Source of the DNA: Ignavibacteria bacterium
GTDB taxonomy: Bacteria; Bacteroidota; Ignavibacteria; Ignavibacteriales; SURF-24
Direction of reading: 5' to 3'
NCBI GenBank assembly: GCA_025612375.1
Contig: JAAXKN010000001.1
Coordinates: forward strand, 40,669-104,668
DNA length: 64,000 bases
Part shown: positions 1 to 11,666 of the stretch, in pieces
How the letters are laid out: each line of letters opens with the position of its first letter
How positions within the stretch are numbered: the first letter of the stretch is position 1
Translations under genes and position numbers: made by a program
Notes under the pieces: generated by a model
Databases searched by the model: none
What the model saw: only the letters and a program-made list of their open reading frames with translations
What the model was told of the DNA's origin: nothing

Positions 1-2
1 TG

Positions 3-83
3 CGAGAGGCCCTTGAAAAAGAAGATTATGAAAGGGCGGCCAGAATAAGAGATGAAATTAAAAAGATGACAGATCAGAACTAA
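3..83 (+). CDS. C-terminal fragment of a UVR-domain protein (UvrB-like C-terminus); 5' end lies outside the window
   Basis: Frame 3 reads REALEKEDYERAARIRDEIKKMTDQN-stop. The YExAAxxRDxI pattern is the UVR-domain signature typical of UvrB C-termini. A terminator follows. Confidence 0.45.
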   Translation, partial: REALEKEDYERAARIRDEIKKMTDQN

Positions 84-117
84 AAAAAGCCGGTTAAAAA
101 TTTAACCGGCTTTTTTT
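82..117. terminator. bidirectional intrinsic terminator between convergent genes
   Basis: A-run at 82-88, stem gccggtt 89-95 / aaccggc 104-110, T7 run at 111-117. Confidence 0.7.
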
Positions 118-162
118 ATTATACTTTATGAACACATCAAAATTTATTTTACCACGTCAAAT

Positions 163-1383
163 TTATTTTACAGCCTGAAGTGTCTGCTCTGAGACTATCT
201 TCTCCGTATCGAGCGCTATTACAAGCTCTTCATTTGTAGGTATCTTATAAATCTTAACCCTGCTGTCGCTTTCCGAAATAAGCACTTCTCCATCAGGCCT
301 GCTGTTGTTTATGTTTTGATCCAGCTTTATGCCCAGATAGTCCATATTTTCACACACGGCCGCACGAACCACTTCGGAATTTTCTCCAATTCCGCCCGTA
401 AAAACGAGAGCATCCACGCCGCCCAGTGCAGCTATATAGGATCCTATATATTTCTTGATGCGGTATGTAAACACGTCAAAAGCATACTTTGCCTTCTTGT
501 TGCCTTCCTTGACGGCAGCTTCAATCTCCCTCATGTCGCTGCTTTCGCCGCTGATGCCGATGAGGCCAGAGTGCTTGTTTAAGAGAGTATTGGCTTCAGA
601 AAGCGAGAGGCCTTCTTTTCCCATTACATAGAGAATAAGTGAGGGATCCATGTCGCCTCCCCTTGTTCCCATTAAAAGCCCTTCAAGAGGGGTAAAACCC
701 ATTGAGGTATCTATTGAACGCCCCTTGTCAACAGCGGCAATACTGCACCCGTTGCCCAGGTGTGCCGTTATAATCTTCAGCTCTTCAACCGGGCGCCCGA
801 ACATAGCTGCGGCCCTGTTTGAAACAAAAAGGTGAGAGGTTCCGTGGAAACCGTAACGCCTTATCTTGTACTTCTTGTAAAGCTCGTATGGAATACCATA
901 AAGGTAAGCATGAGGCGGCATCTGGCTGTGGAATGCCGTATCGAAAACACCAACCTGCGGAGTTCCCGGCATCTGCTTTAAGACTGCCTCAATGCCTTTA
1001 ATGTTAGGCGGATTGTGAAGCGGCGCAAGCTCAATATTGTCCTTAAGCGCCTGCATAACTTCCTCTGTAATTAAAACTGAACCTGAGAAAGTCTCGCCGC
1101 CGTGAACAACCCTGTGGCCTACGGCATCAATTTCACTCTTATCTTTGATCACGCCGTGGTTCTTGCTTAATAAAACCGCAATAACATATTCAATTGCAAT
1201 TGAGTGATCGAGGATTTCACCTACAATCTTTATTTTTTCTTTTCCGATAGGTGCATGCGTTAAAATAGCACCGCTCATGCCTATTCTTTCAACCAGGCCT
1301 TTTGCAAGGACAAGCTTCTCTTCCGTATCAAAGAACTGGTACTTGATTGAGGAGCTGCCGCTGTTTAATACTAATACTTTCAT
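163..1383 (-). CDS. ackA: acetate kinase
   Basis: 406 aa. The N-terminus MKVLVLNSGSSSIKYQ and the full-length architecture match acetate/propionate kinases. Confidence 0.95.
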   Translation of the reverse strand: MKVLVLNSGSSSIKYQFFDTEEKLVLAKGLVERIGMSGAILTHAPIGKEKIKIVGEILDHSIAIEYVIAVLLSKNHGVIKDKSEIDAVGHRVVHGGETFSGSVLITEEVMQALKDNIELAPLHNPPNIKGIEAVLKQMPGTPQVGVFDTAFHSQMPPHAYLYGIPYELYKKYKIRRYGFHGTSHLFVSNRAAAMFGRPVEELKIITAHLGNGCSIAAVDKGRSIDTSMGFTPLEGLLMGTRGGDMDPSLILYVMGKEGLSLSEANTLLNKHSGLIGISGESSDMREIEAAVKEGNKKAKYAFDVFTYRIKKYIGSYIAALGGVDALVFTGGIGENSEVVRAAVCENMDYLGIKLDQNINNSRPDGEVLISESDSRVKIYKIPTNEELVIALDTEKIVSEQTLQAVK

Positions 1384-1387
1384 CTAT

Positions 1388-2329
1388 TTATTTAATCTCC
1401 TGTTGTTTGCCGTCAGTGTTGTATTTATAAAAACCTTCTCCCGTCTTGCGCCCCAGCTTCTTTTCGCGCACGAGCTTGCGCAGTATCGGGCATGCCCTGT
1501 AGCGCGGCTCACCCAGCGTCTTCCAGAGTGTTTCCATCCAGGCTAAAACCTCGTCAAGCCCCATGGCGTCTGCCATTTCAAGAGGACCCATCGGGAAATT
1601 GTATCCCATCTTCATTGCCGTATCAATACCCTCGGCCGTAGCAACACCTTCCATTAGTATGTACATTGCTTCATTAAGAAGGGGCACAATGGCTCTTGTA
1701 GTTACAAAGCCCGGATATTCATAAACTTCAACAGCGGTTTTGCCTATCCTCTTTGCAAATTCCTTTACCCTTTCAAGCGTGTTTTCTGAGGTGTCAAAAG
1801 CCTTTACCAGCTCAACTAAGGGAATCTTAGGTACAGGATTGAGGAAGTGCATTCCAACAATCTTATCCGTTCTTTTTGTTACTTCTGCAATTTTAGTCAG
1901 GCTGAGTGTGGAGGTGTTTGAAACAAGAATTGTGCTCGGGTGTGCAATTGAATCGATCTGTCTGAAAATCCCTTTCTTCAGCTCCAGATCTTCATCCACG
2001 GCCTCAATTACAAGGTCGCAGTCCGCAATGTCATTAATGTCAACTGTCCATTTAATGCGGCTGAGGATTGACTTCTTCTCGCTTTTTGTCATCGCCCAGC
2101 GCCCGATTTCCCTGTCCATGGCTTCCGACAGGTTCTGCTTTGCGCAGTTAAGATGCTCTTCATCTTTTTCCACGATCAGAACATCTACCCCTGAGGAGGA
2201 AACAGTCTGTGCAATTCCCTGCCCCATAACGCCCGCTCCGATTATAGCCACTAAATCAATTCTTTCTTTTTCTTCCTTCTGCGGAGCTACACCGAGGAGA
2301 TCTTCTAGTTTTAATTTTTCTTCGTCCAT
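1388..2329 (-). CDS. hbd: 3-hydroxyacyl-CoA (3-hydroxybutyryl-CoA) dehydrogenase
   Basis: 313 aa with Rossmann motif IIGAGVMGQGIA and a 3HCDH-like C-terminal half. It ends 4 nt before the ackA start, so the two are probably an operon. Confidence 0.85.
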   Translation of the reverse strand: MDEEKLKLEDLLGVAPQKEEKERIDLVAIIGAGVMGQGIAQTVSSSGVDVLIVEKDEEHLNCAKQNLSEAMDREIGRWAMTKSEKKSILSRIKWTVDINDIADCDLVIEAVDEDLELKKGIFRQIDSIAHPSTILVSNTSTLSLTKIAEVTKRTDKIVGMHFLNPVPKIPLVELVKAFDTSENTLERVKEFAKRIGKTAVEVYEYPGFVTTRAIVPLLNEAMYILMEGVATAEGIDTAMKMGYNFPMGPLEMADAMGLDEVLAWMETLWKTLGEPRYRACPILRKLVREKKLGRKTGEGFYKYNTDGKQQEIK

Positions 2330-2709
2330 AATTGGTTCTTACCTATATATATTTTTTAAACTTTTGCCAGTGTGTTTTATGTCTGAATTGAAATGTATGT
2401 TACCCGGCAGATGCTAAAAAAGAGCAATTTTTGTTCCAGAAAATACTCCCTAAATCAGCTCATATTCAATATATTTATTTATCCTTTATTATAAATAATA
2501 ATCAATGGGCGTTAAAATGAGAACAAGAGCTTAATCTCCCTCTTTATTAAAACCACAGGAAACCTGAAGAAATTCCTTAAAAAGGGAGTAATTTTTGTTT
2601 ATTCAAAGGATTAATTTTCTTATAATAGTGTCAAAAAAGAGAGCTTCTGTTTTAGCTTCAACAAGTCTTTTTTTCCTTTACGTTAGTCGCAAATTAAATT
2701 CTGTATACA

Positions 2710-5325
2710 ATGACCCCTGAAGAAATTCTGCTGAAATACTTTGGACACGGGACTTTCCGCACAGGACAGCGCGAGATAATCACATCCATACTGGAGGGAG
2801 AAAACGTTCTTGCCATCCTCCCGACCGGAGGCGGTAAGTCAATCTGCTTTCAAGTCCCTGCGCTTATGAGCCCGAGGCTTTCAATCGTTATATCCCCTCT
2901 TATTGCCCTGATGAAAGACCAGGTCGACCAGCTGAACAGTACAGAAACCGTTGCTGCATTTATTAACAGCACGGTCGGATACCTTGAAACAGAAGAAATT
3001 TTCCGCGGCATTGTAGAAGGTAAAATAAAACTTTTATACCTGGCCCCGGAAAAACTGGAGGCGGGACAGTTTGCAGATAAGATAAGGTCGCTTAATGCGG
3101 AATACCTTTTTGTCGATGAAGCCCACTGCATTTCTGAATGGGGCCATAACTTCCGCCCCGGCTTCAGGAAAATAAAGAGCTTTGCCGAATATACAGGCAT
3201 CAAAAAAATCGCGGCCTTCACGGCTACTGCAACGCCTGAAGTTGTTGAGGATATTGCACTGCAGCTCGGGATGAAAAATCCCAGAGTCTTCATCAAGGGC
3301 TTTGAAAGAGAAAACCTTTCCTTAAGCGTAGTTAAAACGACGAAGAAAAAAATCGAATGCTTTAATCTTGTCTCCTCCTATGGCACACCGGCAATTATCT
3401 ATGCCGCTTCAAGAAAAAAATGCGAACAGATCACGGATTTCCTTAACCTTTATAACCTTAATGCCGCCTGCTACCACGCGGGACTTGCAGCGGAAAGAAG
3501 AAAACATATCCAGGAGGAATTCCTCTCCGGCAAAATTGACATTATTGTTGCCACAAACGCATTCGGCATGGGTATAGATAAAAAAGATATACGGCTCGTC
3601 ATTCACTACAACATGCCGGGTACAATTGAAAGTTACTACCAGGAGATCGGACGCGCTGGACGCGACGGCAAAGACTCGCATGCCGTCATGCTCTTCGATG
3701 AAAACGACAGGCAAATACACGAATATTTTATCCGGAACTCATACCCCGATAAGGATCTTATTACGGGCGTGTATAATGCTTTATGCGACTTTGGCAGAAT
3801 TGCCCTCGGGACAAAGTCGGATAAGCCCATACCTGTTAATGAAACCTATATTGCAGGCTATATTAAAAAAGACATTTCTAAGACTCTCCTTAGTTCAGTC
3901 CTTAATTCCCTGGAGATGGCGGGCTACATAAAACCGGTCTCTTCCTTCGGACAGAAGTATATGGCGCAGTTTACCTGCGACGTTGAAACGCTGAAGGAAT
4001 ATACAAAGTCTGTTTCAAACAACACTTTAAGAGATATAATAGTTATCCTCCTGAAGAAATACGGCACAGGAATTATTAACTCCCCTACTCCGATATCACC
4101 CGAGGAACTGGCGGCAAACTACGGCATTTCACCTGAATACGTCTATCAGACTCTTGAACTCTTAGACAGCCTGGGCATAATGGACCTCATCAGGCCAACA
4201 TCTGATAACAGGGTGGCGCTTACAAAAACCAGGGTCAGGGATGAATACCTTTTCCTGGAATACGACAAAATAATGCGTAACTGCAATAACGCCCGGAAGA
4301 AGCTTGATGAGATGGTAAGCTACGCATATTCTGATAAGTGCCGGATGAAATTTATTGTTAATTATTTCGGACAGAATGACGATAACTTCAGCTGCGGCAA
4401 GTGTGACAACTGCACTGGAAACACCGAAGTGCCCTCTTCCCTTTCGGATTACCTCTCGGAGCTGATACTCCGCGCGGCTTCCGAAAGTTGCGATGGTATT
4501 TCAGAGGCAAAACTTATTGCCCTTCTGCAGGGAAAATCTTCTGCGGCCCAGATGGGCTCATCCCCCCTTTTCGGAAGCTGCTCCAAATACTCATCAACAG
4601 AACTTAAGAGCGTTATTGAATCGCTTTATGCAGAGTCCTTGCTTGAACATGAAGGCTCCTACAGGAAAAAAATCCTTATCTCGAAGAAAGGACTGGAATT
4701 CCTGGATGAAAGGGACTTCTCCCCTATTCTTCAAAATGTGGAGGAACCGCGCGATGCTGAAGACAGCCTGGAGCTTTTCAATAGTCTGCGCGAGGTCAGA
4801 AGCCAGGCTTCCCGGAAGTTCCAGCAGGCAGACGAACTCATATGCCCCGACGCGGTCCTAAGAGAGCTTGCAAAGCTTAAGCCTTCATCCTACAGTGCAA
4901 TTCTGGGAGTAAAGGGTTTTAACCAGCGCATGTTTAACAAAATAGGGCAGAATTTTCTTGAGGTCATTCAGGAATTTATTAAGAGCAGGCCTGAGGGTAA
5001 AAAAGAGGACAGTCAAAGACAGGTGCCGCAGGTCTTAAGTGAAACCTATGCGCTTCTTAAAGAGCGCTACCCTCTTTCAGACATAGCATCCTTAAGAAAG
5101 CTTAATGAGACCGTTATATCGATGCAGATTGAAACAATCCTTGAGATGTTTCCGGATCTGGACATATCATACCTTTTCCAGGGAAATGATTACGCCATTA
5201 TAACAGATGAAATCGGTAAAGGCTATATGGATCTGAAGGACCTGAAAAGCCGCCTTCCTGAAAATATTGGATTCCCCCTTATCAGAATTGCCGCCGCAAA
5301 AATGAAAAATAAGAAACGGCGCTAA
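2710..5325 (+). CDS. recQ: RecQ-family ATP-dependent DNA helicase with a long C-terminal extension
   Basis: 871 aa. Motifs seen: PTGGGKS, DEAHCISEWGHNFRP, the Zn-binding CRMKF..CGKCDNC, an HRDC-like segment (LFNSLREVRSQASRK..) and an extra roughly 120-aa C-terminal tail. Confidence 0.9.
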   Translation: MTPEEILLKYFGHGTFRTGQREIITSILEGENVLAILPTGGGKSICFQVPALMSPRLSIVISPLIALMKDQVDQLNSTETVAAFINSTVGYLETEEIFRGIVEGKIKLLYLAPEKLEAGQFADKIRSLNAEYLFVDEAHCISEWGHNFRPGFRKIKSFAEYTGIKKIAAFTATATPEVVEDIALQLGMKNPRVFIKGFERENLSLSVVKTTKKKIECFNLVSSYGTPAIIYAASRKKCEQITDFLNLYNLNAACYHAGLAAERRKHIQEEFLSGKIDIIVATNAFGMGIDKKDIRLVIHYNMPGTIESYYQEIGRAGRDGKDSHAVMLFDENDRQIHEYFIRNSYPDKDLITGVYNALCDFGRIALGTKSDKPIPVNETYIAGYIKKDISKTLLSSVLNSLEMAGYIKPVSSFGQKYMAQFTCDVETLKEYTKSVSNNTLRDIIVILLKKYGTGIINSPTPISPEELAANYGISPEYVYQTLELLDSLGIMDLIRPTSDNRVALTKTRVRDEYLFLEYDKIMRNCNNARKKLDEMVSYAYSDKCRMKFIVNYFGQNDDNFSCGKCDNCTGNTEVPSSLSDYLSELILRAASESCDGISEAKLIALLQGKSSAAQMGSSPLFGSCSKYSSTELKSVIESLYAESLLEHEGSYRKKILISKKGLEFLDERDFSPILQNVEEPRDAEDSLELFNSLREVRSQASRKFQQADELICPDAVLRELAKLKPSSYSAILGVKGFNQRMFNKIGQNFLEVIQEFIKSRPEGKKEDSQRQVPQVLSETYALLKERYPLSDIASLRKLNETVISMQIETILEMFPDLDISYLFQGNDYAIITDEIGKGYMDLKDLKSRLPENIGFPLIRIAAAKMKNKKRR

Positions 5326-5636
5326 ACCTTGTTATTCTTTCTTATTGCGGCAAGACGGGCATTTACCTTGTCAAAAAAGTCCTTCCAGCGTTCGGGCTTT
5401 TCAGAGTAGTAATTAAGTGTGGCTTTATATTCTTCTAATGAGATGTCATATTTGGCAAATACCTTCTGCCTTTCAGACTTAACCACGTTAATGTCGCCGC
5501 TGCTTTTTTCAGATGCAATCAGCAGATCCACATAAAATGCGGCAAACTTTTCGTCGTCTTTGATTACTTTCCTGTCGGAGCATGAACTAAGAGCAAAGAC
5601 AAACAGTATTATCCCGAGATATTTTAAGGATTTCAA
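5322..5636 (-). CDS. small lipoprotein (DUF4296-like), function unknown
   Basis: The longest ORF starts at a GTG at 5693 and overlaps the rhomboid gene by 41 nt. A TTG at 5636 gives a clean lipoprotein signal, MKSLKYLGIILFVFALSSC. The start is uncertain. Confidence 0.5.
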   Translation of the reverse strand: MKSLKYLGIILFVFALSSCSDRKVIKDDEKFAAFYVDLLIASEKSSGDINVVKSERQKVFAKYDISLEEYKATLNYYSEKPERWKDFFDKVNARLAAIRKNNKV

Positions 5637-5652
5637 TTTTAATTCTCTTGCT

Positions 5653-6552
5653 TTAACTTCTCTTGCTGGCTTCAAATAAGATCTTCTTCTCACGCTCTGT
5701 CAGATTCTGATATCCGCTCTGGCTTATCTTGTCGAGTATTCGGTCTATCTCTTCCTGTGTAATCGGATTTTCTTCTTTTTTGTTTATTTCATAATAATCT
5801 GCGTCAACAACTTTTTCATCGTTGTTAATAAAAGGCCTCCTCCGGAACTGTGCCTGCCGGGGTGAATAAGGCTTCTTATACGACGAAAAGATGTTCCTCA
5901 GGCTGAAGCCGCTCCTGGAATCAAGCAGTATGAATGCAAAACCCACTACGGCGCCGCCTATATGAGCCAGGTGCGCTACGAGAGACATATCTCCTGCCGA
6001 GAGGAATTCAAGCACAACAAGAAAAGCAATCAGGTACTTTGCCTTTACTGGAATGAGGAAGTAAATGAAGATATACCTGTCTGGAAACATCATTGCAAAG
6101 GCTATCATCACGCCGTAAATTGCGCCTGAGGCGCCGATTGTTGGAGCCATCATATCTGCAATCACAGGTGAGAGCAGAAGGTGCGCAAGGCCGCCGCCTA
6201 TTCCGCAGACCAGGTAAAAAATGAGAAATTTCTTTGATCCCCACAAGTTTTCAATTTCCATTCCGAACATCCAGAGCGCAAACATATTAAAGAAGATATG
6301 AGAAAAACTTCCGTGGAGGAACTGGTAAGTTATGAGCTGCCAGATAAAAAACCCGTGCCCTAAGGGCATGAGGGCGAAATACTGGTTTATCTTGTCACTG
6401 GCTATAACACCGTCGACGCTTACGCTCGAGAGAATTAAATTTGTAACCAGAAACACCACGACGTTAATGATCAAAAGATTTTTGATCACCGGTGGAAAAA
6501 AGCTGAAACCGCCGAAACCGGTCGGCCTGTAATAATCACGCTCGGAATACAT
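5653..6552 (-). CDS. rhomboid-family intramembrane serine protease
   Basis: 299 aa, multi-pass membrane protein. Motifs HIFFNMFALWMFG and the catalytic GASGAIYG plus AHLAHIGG. Confidence 0.85.
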   Translation of the reverse strand: MYSERDYYRPTGFGGFSFFPPVIKNLLIINVVVFLVTNLILSSVSVDGVIASDKINQYFALMPLGHGFFIWQLITYQFLHGSFSHIFFNMFALWMFGMEIENLWGSKKFLIFYLVCGIGGGLAHLLLSPVIADMMAPTIGASGAIYGVMIAFAMMFPDRYIFIYFLIPVKAKYLIAFLVVLEFLSAGDMSLVAHLAHIGGAVVGFAFILLDSRSGFSLRNIFSSYKKPYSPRQAQFRRRPFINNDEKVVDADYYEINKKEENPITQEEIDRILDKISQSGYQNLTEREKKILFEASKRS

Positions 6553-6735
6553 TAAACTTCCTTTTTTCTTTTACCTTCTTTAAATTAAAACATATTACAG
6601 AAAAAAATAATTCATTTCAAATTCTGATACACTCTGAAGCTCTCATGGGTTTCAGGAGAATCCTAAAAAAAATACGGGAACGCGCACGTAAATGCGCGCC
6701 CCTTCAATTTATCCGTAAGCAAAAGCCAGTTGAGG

Positions 6736-7935
6736 CTATTTTGCTTCATTTAATGCTGCAACTCCGGGAAGAGTCTTTCCTTCCAGAAATTCCAGTGATG
6801 CTCCGCCGCCGGTCGAGACGTGCGAAACCTTCTCTTCAAGCCCGGCTTTCTTAATTGCAGCTGCCGAGTCTCCGCCGCCTATAATGGTTGTTGCACCCTT
6901 TCCTGTGGCCTCAACAAGCGCCTCTGCAATTGCATTTGTGCCTTTTGCAAAATTGTCAAATTCAAAAACTCCCATTGGGCCGTTCCAGATGACAGTCTTG
7001 CTCTTTAAGACCTCGGCCTTAAAAAGTTCAATTGTCTTTGGACCTATATCCATTCCCATCTTCTCCGCAGGAATATTCTTGATGTCCACAACTTCTGAGG
7101 GTGAATCGTTGCTGAAATCATCTGCAACCACTACGTCGACCGGAAGCAGGAAGTTGACCTTTGAGTTCTTTGCCTTTTCAAGTATTTCCTTGGCCAGACC
7201 AATCTTCTCTTCTTCAAGAAGCGATTTGCCTATTTCATAACCCATGGCCTTATAGAAAGTGTAAGCCATGCCGCCCCCAATGATCAGTGTGTCGACCTTC
7301 GGGAAAAGGTTCTGTATAACGTCAATCTTGCCCGATATCTTTGCGCCGCCTAAGATTGCGCAGTACGGCCTTTCAGGTTCTGAGATTGCCTTGCCCAGGT
7401 AATCAAGCTCTTTCTGCATCAGGTATCCTGAGGCATTAACCTTAATATACTTTGTCACTCCTTCTGTAGAAGCGTGTGCGCGGTGAGCGCTTCCAAAGGC
7501 GTCGTTAATGTAAACTTCGCCAAGCTCTGAAAGCTGCTTTGCAAATTCAGGATTGTTTTTCTCTTCTTCTGCGTGAAATCTTAAATTCTCAAGCAGAACC
7601 ACGTCGCCGTCCTTCATTGAATTAACAAGGCTCTTTACCTCTTCACCAACACAGTCGGGAGCCATTTTAACTTCTTTTCCGAGCAGTTCGGAAAGTCTTT
7701 TTGCCGCCGGCTTAAGGCTGTATTTGGGGTTTGGTTGACCCTTGGGCCTTCCCAGGTGGCTCATTAAAATAACCTTTCCCCCCTCGTTTATTATCTTCTT
7801 TATAGTAGGTAAAGATGAGGTTATTCTGATATCATCGGTTATATTCAGATTTTCATCCAAAGGCACGTTGAAATCCACTCTTACCAGGACTTTTTTGCCT
7901 TTGAGATCCACCTGGTCAATTGACAATTTGTTCAT
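6736..7935 (-). CDS. pgk: phosphoglycerate kinase
   Basis: 399 aa; VRVDFNVP, full-length PGK-like sequence, GGGDSAAA. Confidence 0.95.
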   Translation of the reverse strand: MNKLSIDQVDLKGKKVLVRVDFNVPLDENLNITDDIRITSSLPTIKKIINEGGKVILMSHLGRPKGQPNPKYSLKPAAKRLSELLGKEVKMAPDCVGEEVKSLVNSMKDGDVVLLENLRFHAEEEKNNPEFAKQLSELGEVYINDAFGSAHRAHASTEGVTKYIKVNASGYLMQKELDYLGKAISEPERPYCAILGGAKISGKIDVIQNLFPKVDTLIIGGGMAYTFYKAMGYEIGKSLLEEEKIGLAKEILEKAKNSKVNFLLPVDVVVADDFSNDSPSEVVDIKNIPAEKMGMDIGPKTIELFKAEVLKSKTVIWNGPMGVFEFDNFAKGTNAIAEALVEATGKGATTIIGGGDSAAAIKKAGLEEKVSHVSTGGGASLEFLEGKTLPGVAALNEAK

Positions 7936-8076
7936 TTATCCTCCGCTTAAAAATAATTTATGAAAAAATAAGTAAAAGAGCTACATTTCATACTTCCCCC
8001 ATGCTGAAGCCTTTTTACTTTTTGCGATCATTCAGGCTGATAAAAATTGCCTGGAAAGATCAGAATGTATAAATAT

Positions 8077-8118
8077 AAAAAAAGACGCAGCCTATTTTAA
8101 TAGGGAAACTGCGTCTTT
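8077..8118 (-). terminator. intrinsic terminator downstream of gap
   Basis: 10-bp stem aaagacgcag 8081-8090 / ctgcgtcttt 8109-8118. On the minus strand it is followed by a T-run (plus-strand A-run at 8077-8083). Confidence 0.7.
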
Positions 8119-8145
8119 AAAAAAGATAGTATCTATCTTAAAAGA

Positions 8146-9150
<1,005 letters not shown>

Positions 9151-9475
9151 TCAGTTTTTTTTAATTGTGGTAATAATATACTTATTTATCCCTTTATATT
9201 CAATTTTAAGTTATGAATTTTACACGGTTATTGTACCAAAACTACACATTAAATGCAACATCCGTCACAATAAAATGTGCCACAACCCGGGAAAACTAAA
9301 ACTCTTCCGTAAAATCAATCAGTTAATATAAGTAATAACTAATTAAAAATAATAACAAAAAAATAGTAATTTATTAAAAAATTGTTATATTAGCATAAAA
9401 TGAGTTCCCAAAATATTACTGGCTTTCCGTCAGAGAATAGGTAAGAATCAACATAATTTAAAAGAGGGGTTAATT

Positions 9476-10159
9476 ATGTCTTCTTTATCGGAATTTCTGT
9501 TGAACGTTCCTATCTTTACCGACCTGGAGCACGAGGCTCTGGAGATGATTGCCAACGTTGGCAAGCACAAGTTCTATGAAAAGGATAGTATCATTTTGAT
9601 GGAAGAAGAGGCAGGCAGTGCACTCTTTGTTATTATCAGCGGGAAGGTTAAGGTCTCCAGAACAAGCAACGACGGCCGTGAAGTTATTCTGACCATACTT
9701 GGCGAAAGCGACTTCTTCGGCGAAATGGCTATTCTAGACGGCCTGAAACGTTCGGCTAGCGTTATTGCCATTGAGGACTCGGAACTCTTTATTGTGCAGA
9801 GAAACGATTTCCTTAATCTCTTGAGGATTCATCCTGAGGTCTCAATTTCACTTCTGCAGGAACTGACAAGCCGCCTCAGAAGCGCCGATATGAAAATTAA
9901 ATCCCTCTCACTCAAGGATGCCGAAGGCAAGGTGGCCTCCGTAATTCTTCAGATTGCCGATGAGATCGGGAAAATTCGCCAGGGCATCGTGGAAATTGAA
10001 AGACTCCCCCTGCAGCAGGACCTTGCTAATATGGCCGGGACTTCAAGAGAAACAATTTCAAGAACCATCCATTCATTTGCAAAAAAAGGACTCGTTGAAC
10101 TGGATGGCTCACGGCTTAGAATATTAAATTACGACAAGTTTAAGGAGAATTTCGGCTGA
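9476..10159 (+). CDS. Crp/Fnr-family transcriptional regulator
   Basis: 227 aa. A cNMP-binding fold (FFGEMAILDG..RSASV) followed by a C-terminal HTH (RETISRTIHSFAKKGLV). Confidence 0.85.
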   Translation: MSSLSEFLLNVPIFTDLEHEALEMIANVGKHKFYEKDSIILMEEEAGSALFVIISGKVKVSRTSNDGREVILTILGESDFFGEMAILDGLKRSASVIAIEDSELFIVQRNDFLNLLRIHPEVSISLLQELTSRLRSADMKIKSLSLKDAEGKVASVILQIADEIGKIRQGIVEIERLPLQQDLANMAGTSRETISRTIHSFAKKGLVELDGSRLRILNYDKFKENFG

Positions 10160-10191
10160 GAACTTTTTTCGGCCGGGAAAAGATTAGATTG

Positions 10192-11022
10192 ATGAGCTCT
10201 AAAATAGATTTACATTTGCATACTACCTGTTCAGATGGTGTCTGTTCCCCGCTGGAAATAGTTTATAAGGCTAAGAAAGCTGGACTAGATGTTATTAGCA
10301 TTACAGATCACGATAATCTTGCCGGCATTGAAGCAGCCGCGGAATTCGGAAAACAGATGGACGTGGAGGTTATCCCGGGAGTGGAAATCTCAACGGATAT
10401 TGAAGATAAGGAAGTCCACCTTCTGGGCTACTTTATTGACATATATCACGATGAATTCCAGAAATACCTCAGCTTCTTCCGCCAGGAACGCTATAACCGC
10501 GCTCTCAGGATCGTTAAGAAGCTGAACCGCCAGGGCGTCTTTATTTCAATCGAAAGCGTGCTGCAGAAGGCTAAAAACGGAGCCGTGGGAAGACCTCACA
10601 TAGCTCAGACCTTAATTGAAGCAGGCTATGTTAATAACTTCTATGAGGCTTTCGACAAGTATATCGGCAACCAGTGCCCTGCCTTTGAAAGAAAGATCCA
10701 CCTTTCACCGCAAAGCGCTCTGAAACTGATCAGCGACGCCGGGGGACTTTCATTTATTGCTCATCCGGGCTACGTCAGCGAAAAAATTCTGCTGAGCCTC
10801 ATTAACGCGGGAATTGACGGAATAGAAGTAGTCCACCCGTCTCATAACCAGAACCAGGTAAAGTACTACCGCGGGATCGTAAATGAATACTGCCTCCTGG
10901 CCTCAGGGGGAAGTGACTACCATGGCGGAAAACGCGAGGACGAACAGAACCTCGGGAAATTCTACATTACGCGCAACAACCTGGACGCCATGAAGAAAAT
11001 GCTCGTTAAAAACAGCGCATGA
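10192..11022 (+). CDS. PHP-domain metal-dependent phosphoesterase (TrpH/YciV-like)
   Basis: IDLHLHTTCSDG, ITDHD, AHPG and GGSDYHG motifs. The ATG is at 10192; the ORF-track start at 10189 is a TTG. Confidence 0.8.
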   Translation: MSSKIDLHLHTTCSDGVCSPLEIVYKAKKAGLDVISITDHDNLAGIEAAAEFGKQMDVEVIPGVEISTDIEDKEVHLLGYFIDIYHDEFQKYLSFFRQERYNRALRIVKKLNRQGVFISIESVLQKAKNGAVGRPHIAQTLIEAGYVNNFYEAFDKYIGNQCPAFERKIHLSPQSALKLISDAGGLSFIAHPGYVSEKILLSLINAGIDGIEVVHPSHNQNQVKYYRGIVNEYCLLASGGSDYHGGKREDEQNLGKFYITRNNLDAMKKMLVKNSA

Positions 11023-11133
11023 AAATCAGCAACTGAAAACTAGCGGCTGAAAATCATCGCCCGGGACTTTTAAGAAAGCAATATTAAGCTTATATTTCAA
11101 CCATTAATTGAACTAATTCAGGAATGTCCAAAA

Positions 11134-11610
11134 ATGCCAAGAGTAATTGAAGGTAAACTTTCAGCAAAGGATTATAAGTTTGCATTGGTAGTAAGCAGGT
11201 TCAACGATTTCATCAGCCAGAAGCTCCTTGAAGGCGCACTGGATTGCCTCAACAGACACCACGCTGAGGACGACAACATAGATATTGTTAAGGTGCCGGG
11301 ATCTTTTGAAATCCCCCTTGCCGCTTCCCGTCTTGCAGACTCACAGAAGTATAACGCCATAATCTGCCTCGGAGCAGTAATCCGCGGGGCAACACCCCAC
11401 TTTGATTACGTCGCTTCTGAGGTTTCAAAGGGTATCGCACAGACTTCACTTAAGTCAGGCGTGCCCATAGCATTCGGAGTCCTTACTACAGACACAATTG
11501 AACAGGCTATCGAACGCGCCGGAACAAAATCGGGAAACAAGGGCTGGGATGCAGCTCTTACGGCAATTGAAATGGCTGACCTCATGAATAACTTCCAGGC
11601 TGAAAAGTAA
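11134..11610 (+). CDS. ribH: 6,7-dimethyl-8-ribityllumazine synthase
   Basis: 158 aa; [31 protein letters not shown]. Confidence 0.95.
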   Translation: MPRVIEGKLSAKDYKFALVVSRFNDFISQKLLEGALDCLNRHHAEDDNIDIVKVPGSFEIPLAASRLADSQKYNAIICLGAVIRGATPHFDYVASEVSKGIAQTSLKSGVPIAFGVLTTDTIEQAIERAGTKSGNKGWDAALTAIEMADLMNNFQAEK

Positions 11611-11637
11611 ACCATTTTTCCTAAATACCTTTTTTAA

Positions 11638-11666
11638 GGGATGTGCCCTTGGCATGTCCCTTTTTT
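11638..11666 (+). terminator. intrinsic terminator after ribH
   Basis: Stem gggatgtgcc / ggcatgtccc (with G-U pairs), then a T6 run at 11661-11666. Confidence 0.55.

Noticed and set aside
1740-2417. 225-aa plus-strand ORF
   Set aside because: It is entirely antisense to the well-supported hbd gene and has a low-complexity Ser/Phe/Ile-rich translation. It is a shadow ORF. The same applies to 316-582, 650-835, 819-1001 and 1277-1546, which lie opposite ackA and hbd.
11023-11133. FMN riboswitch upstream of ribH
   Set aside because: The 110-nt leader has none of the conserved FMN-aptamer segments that I can recognise, and it is too short.
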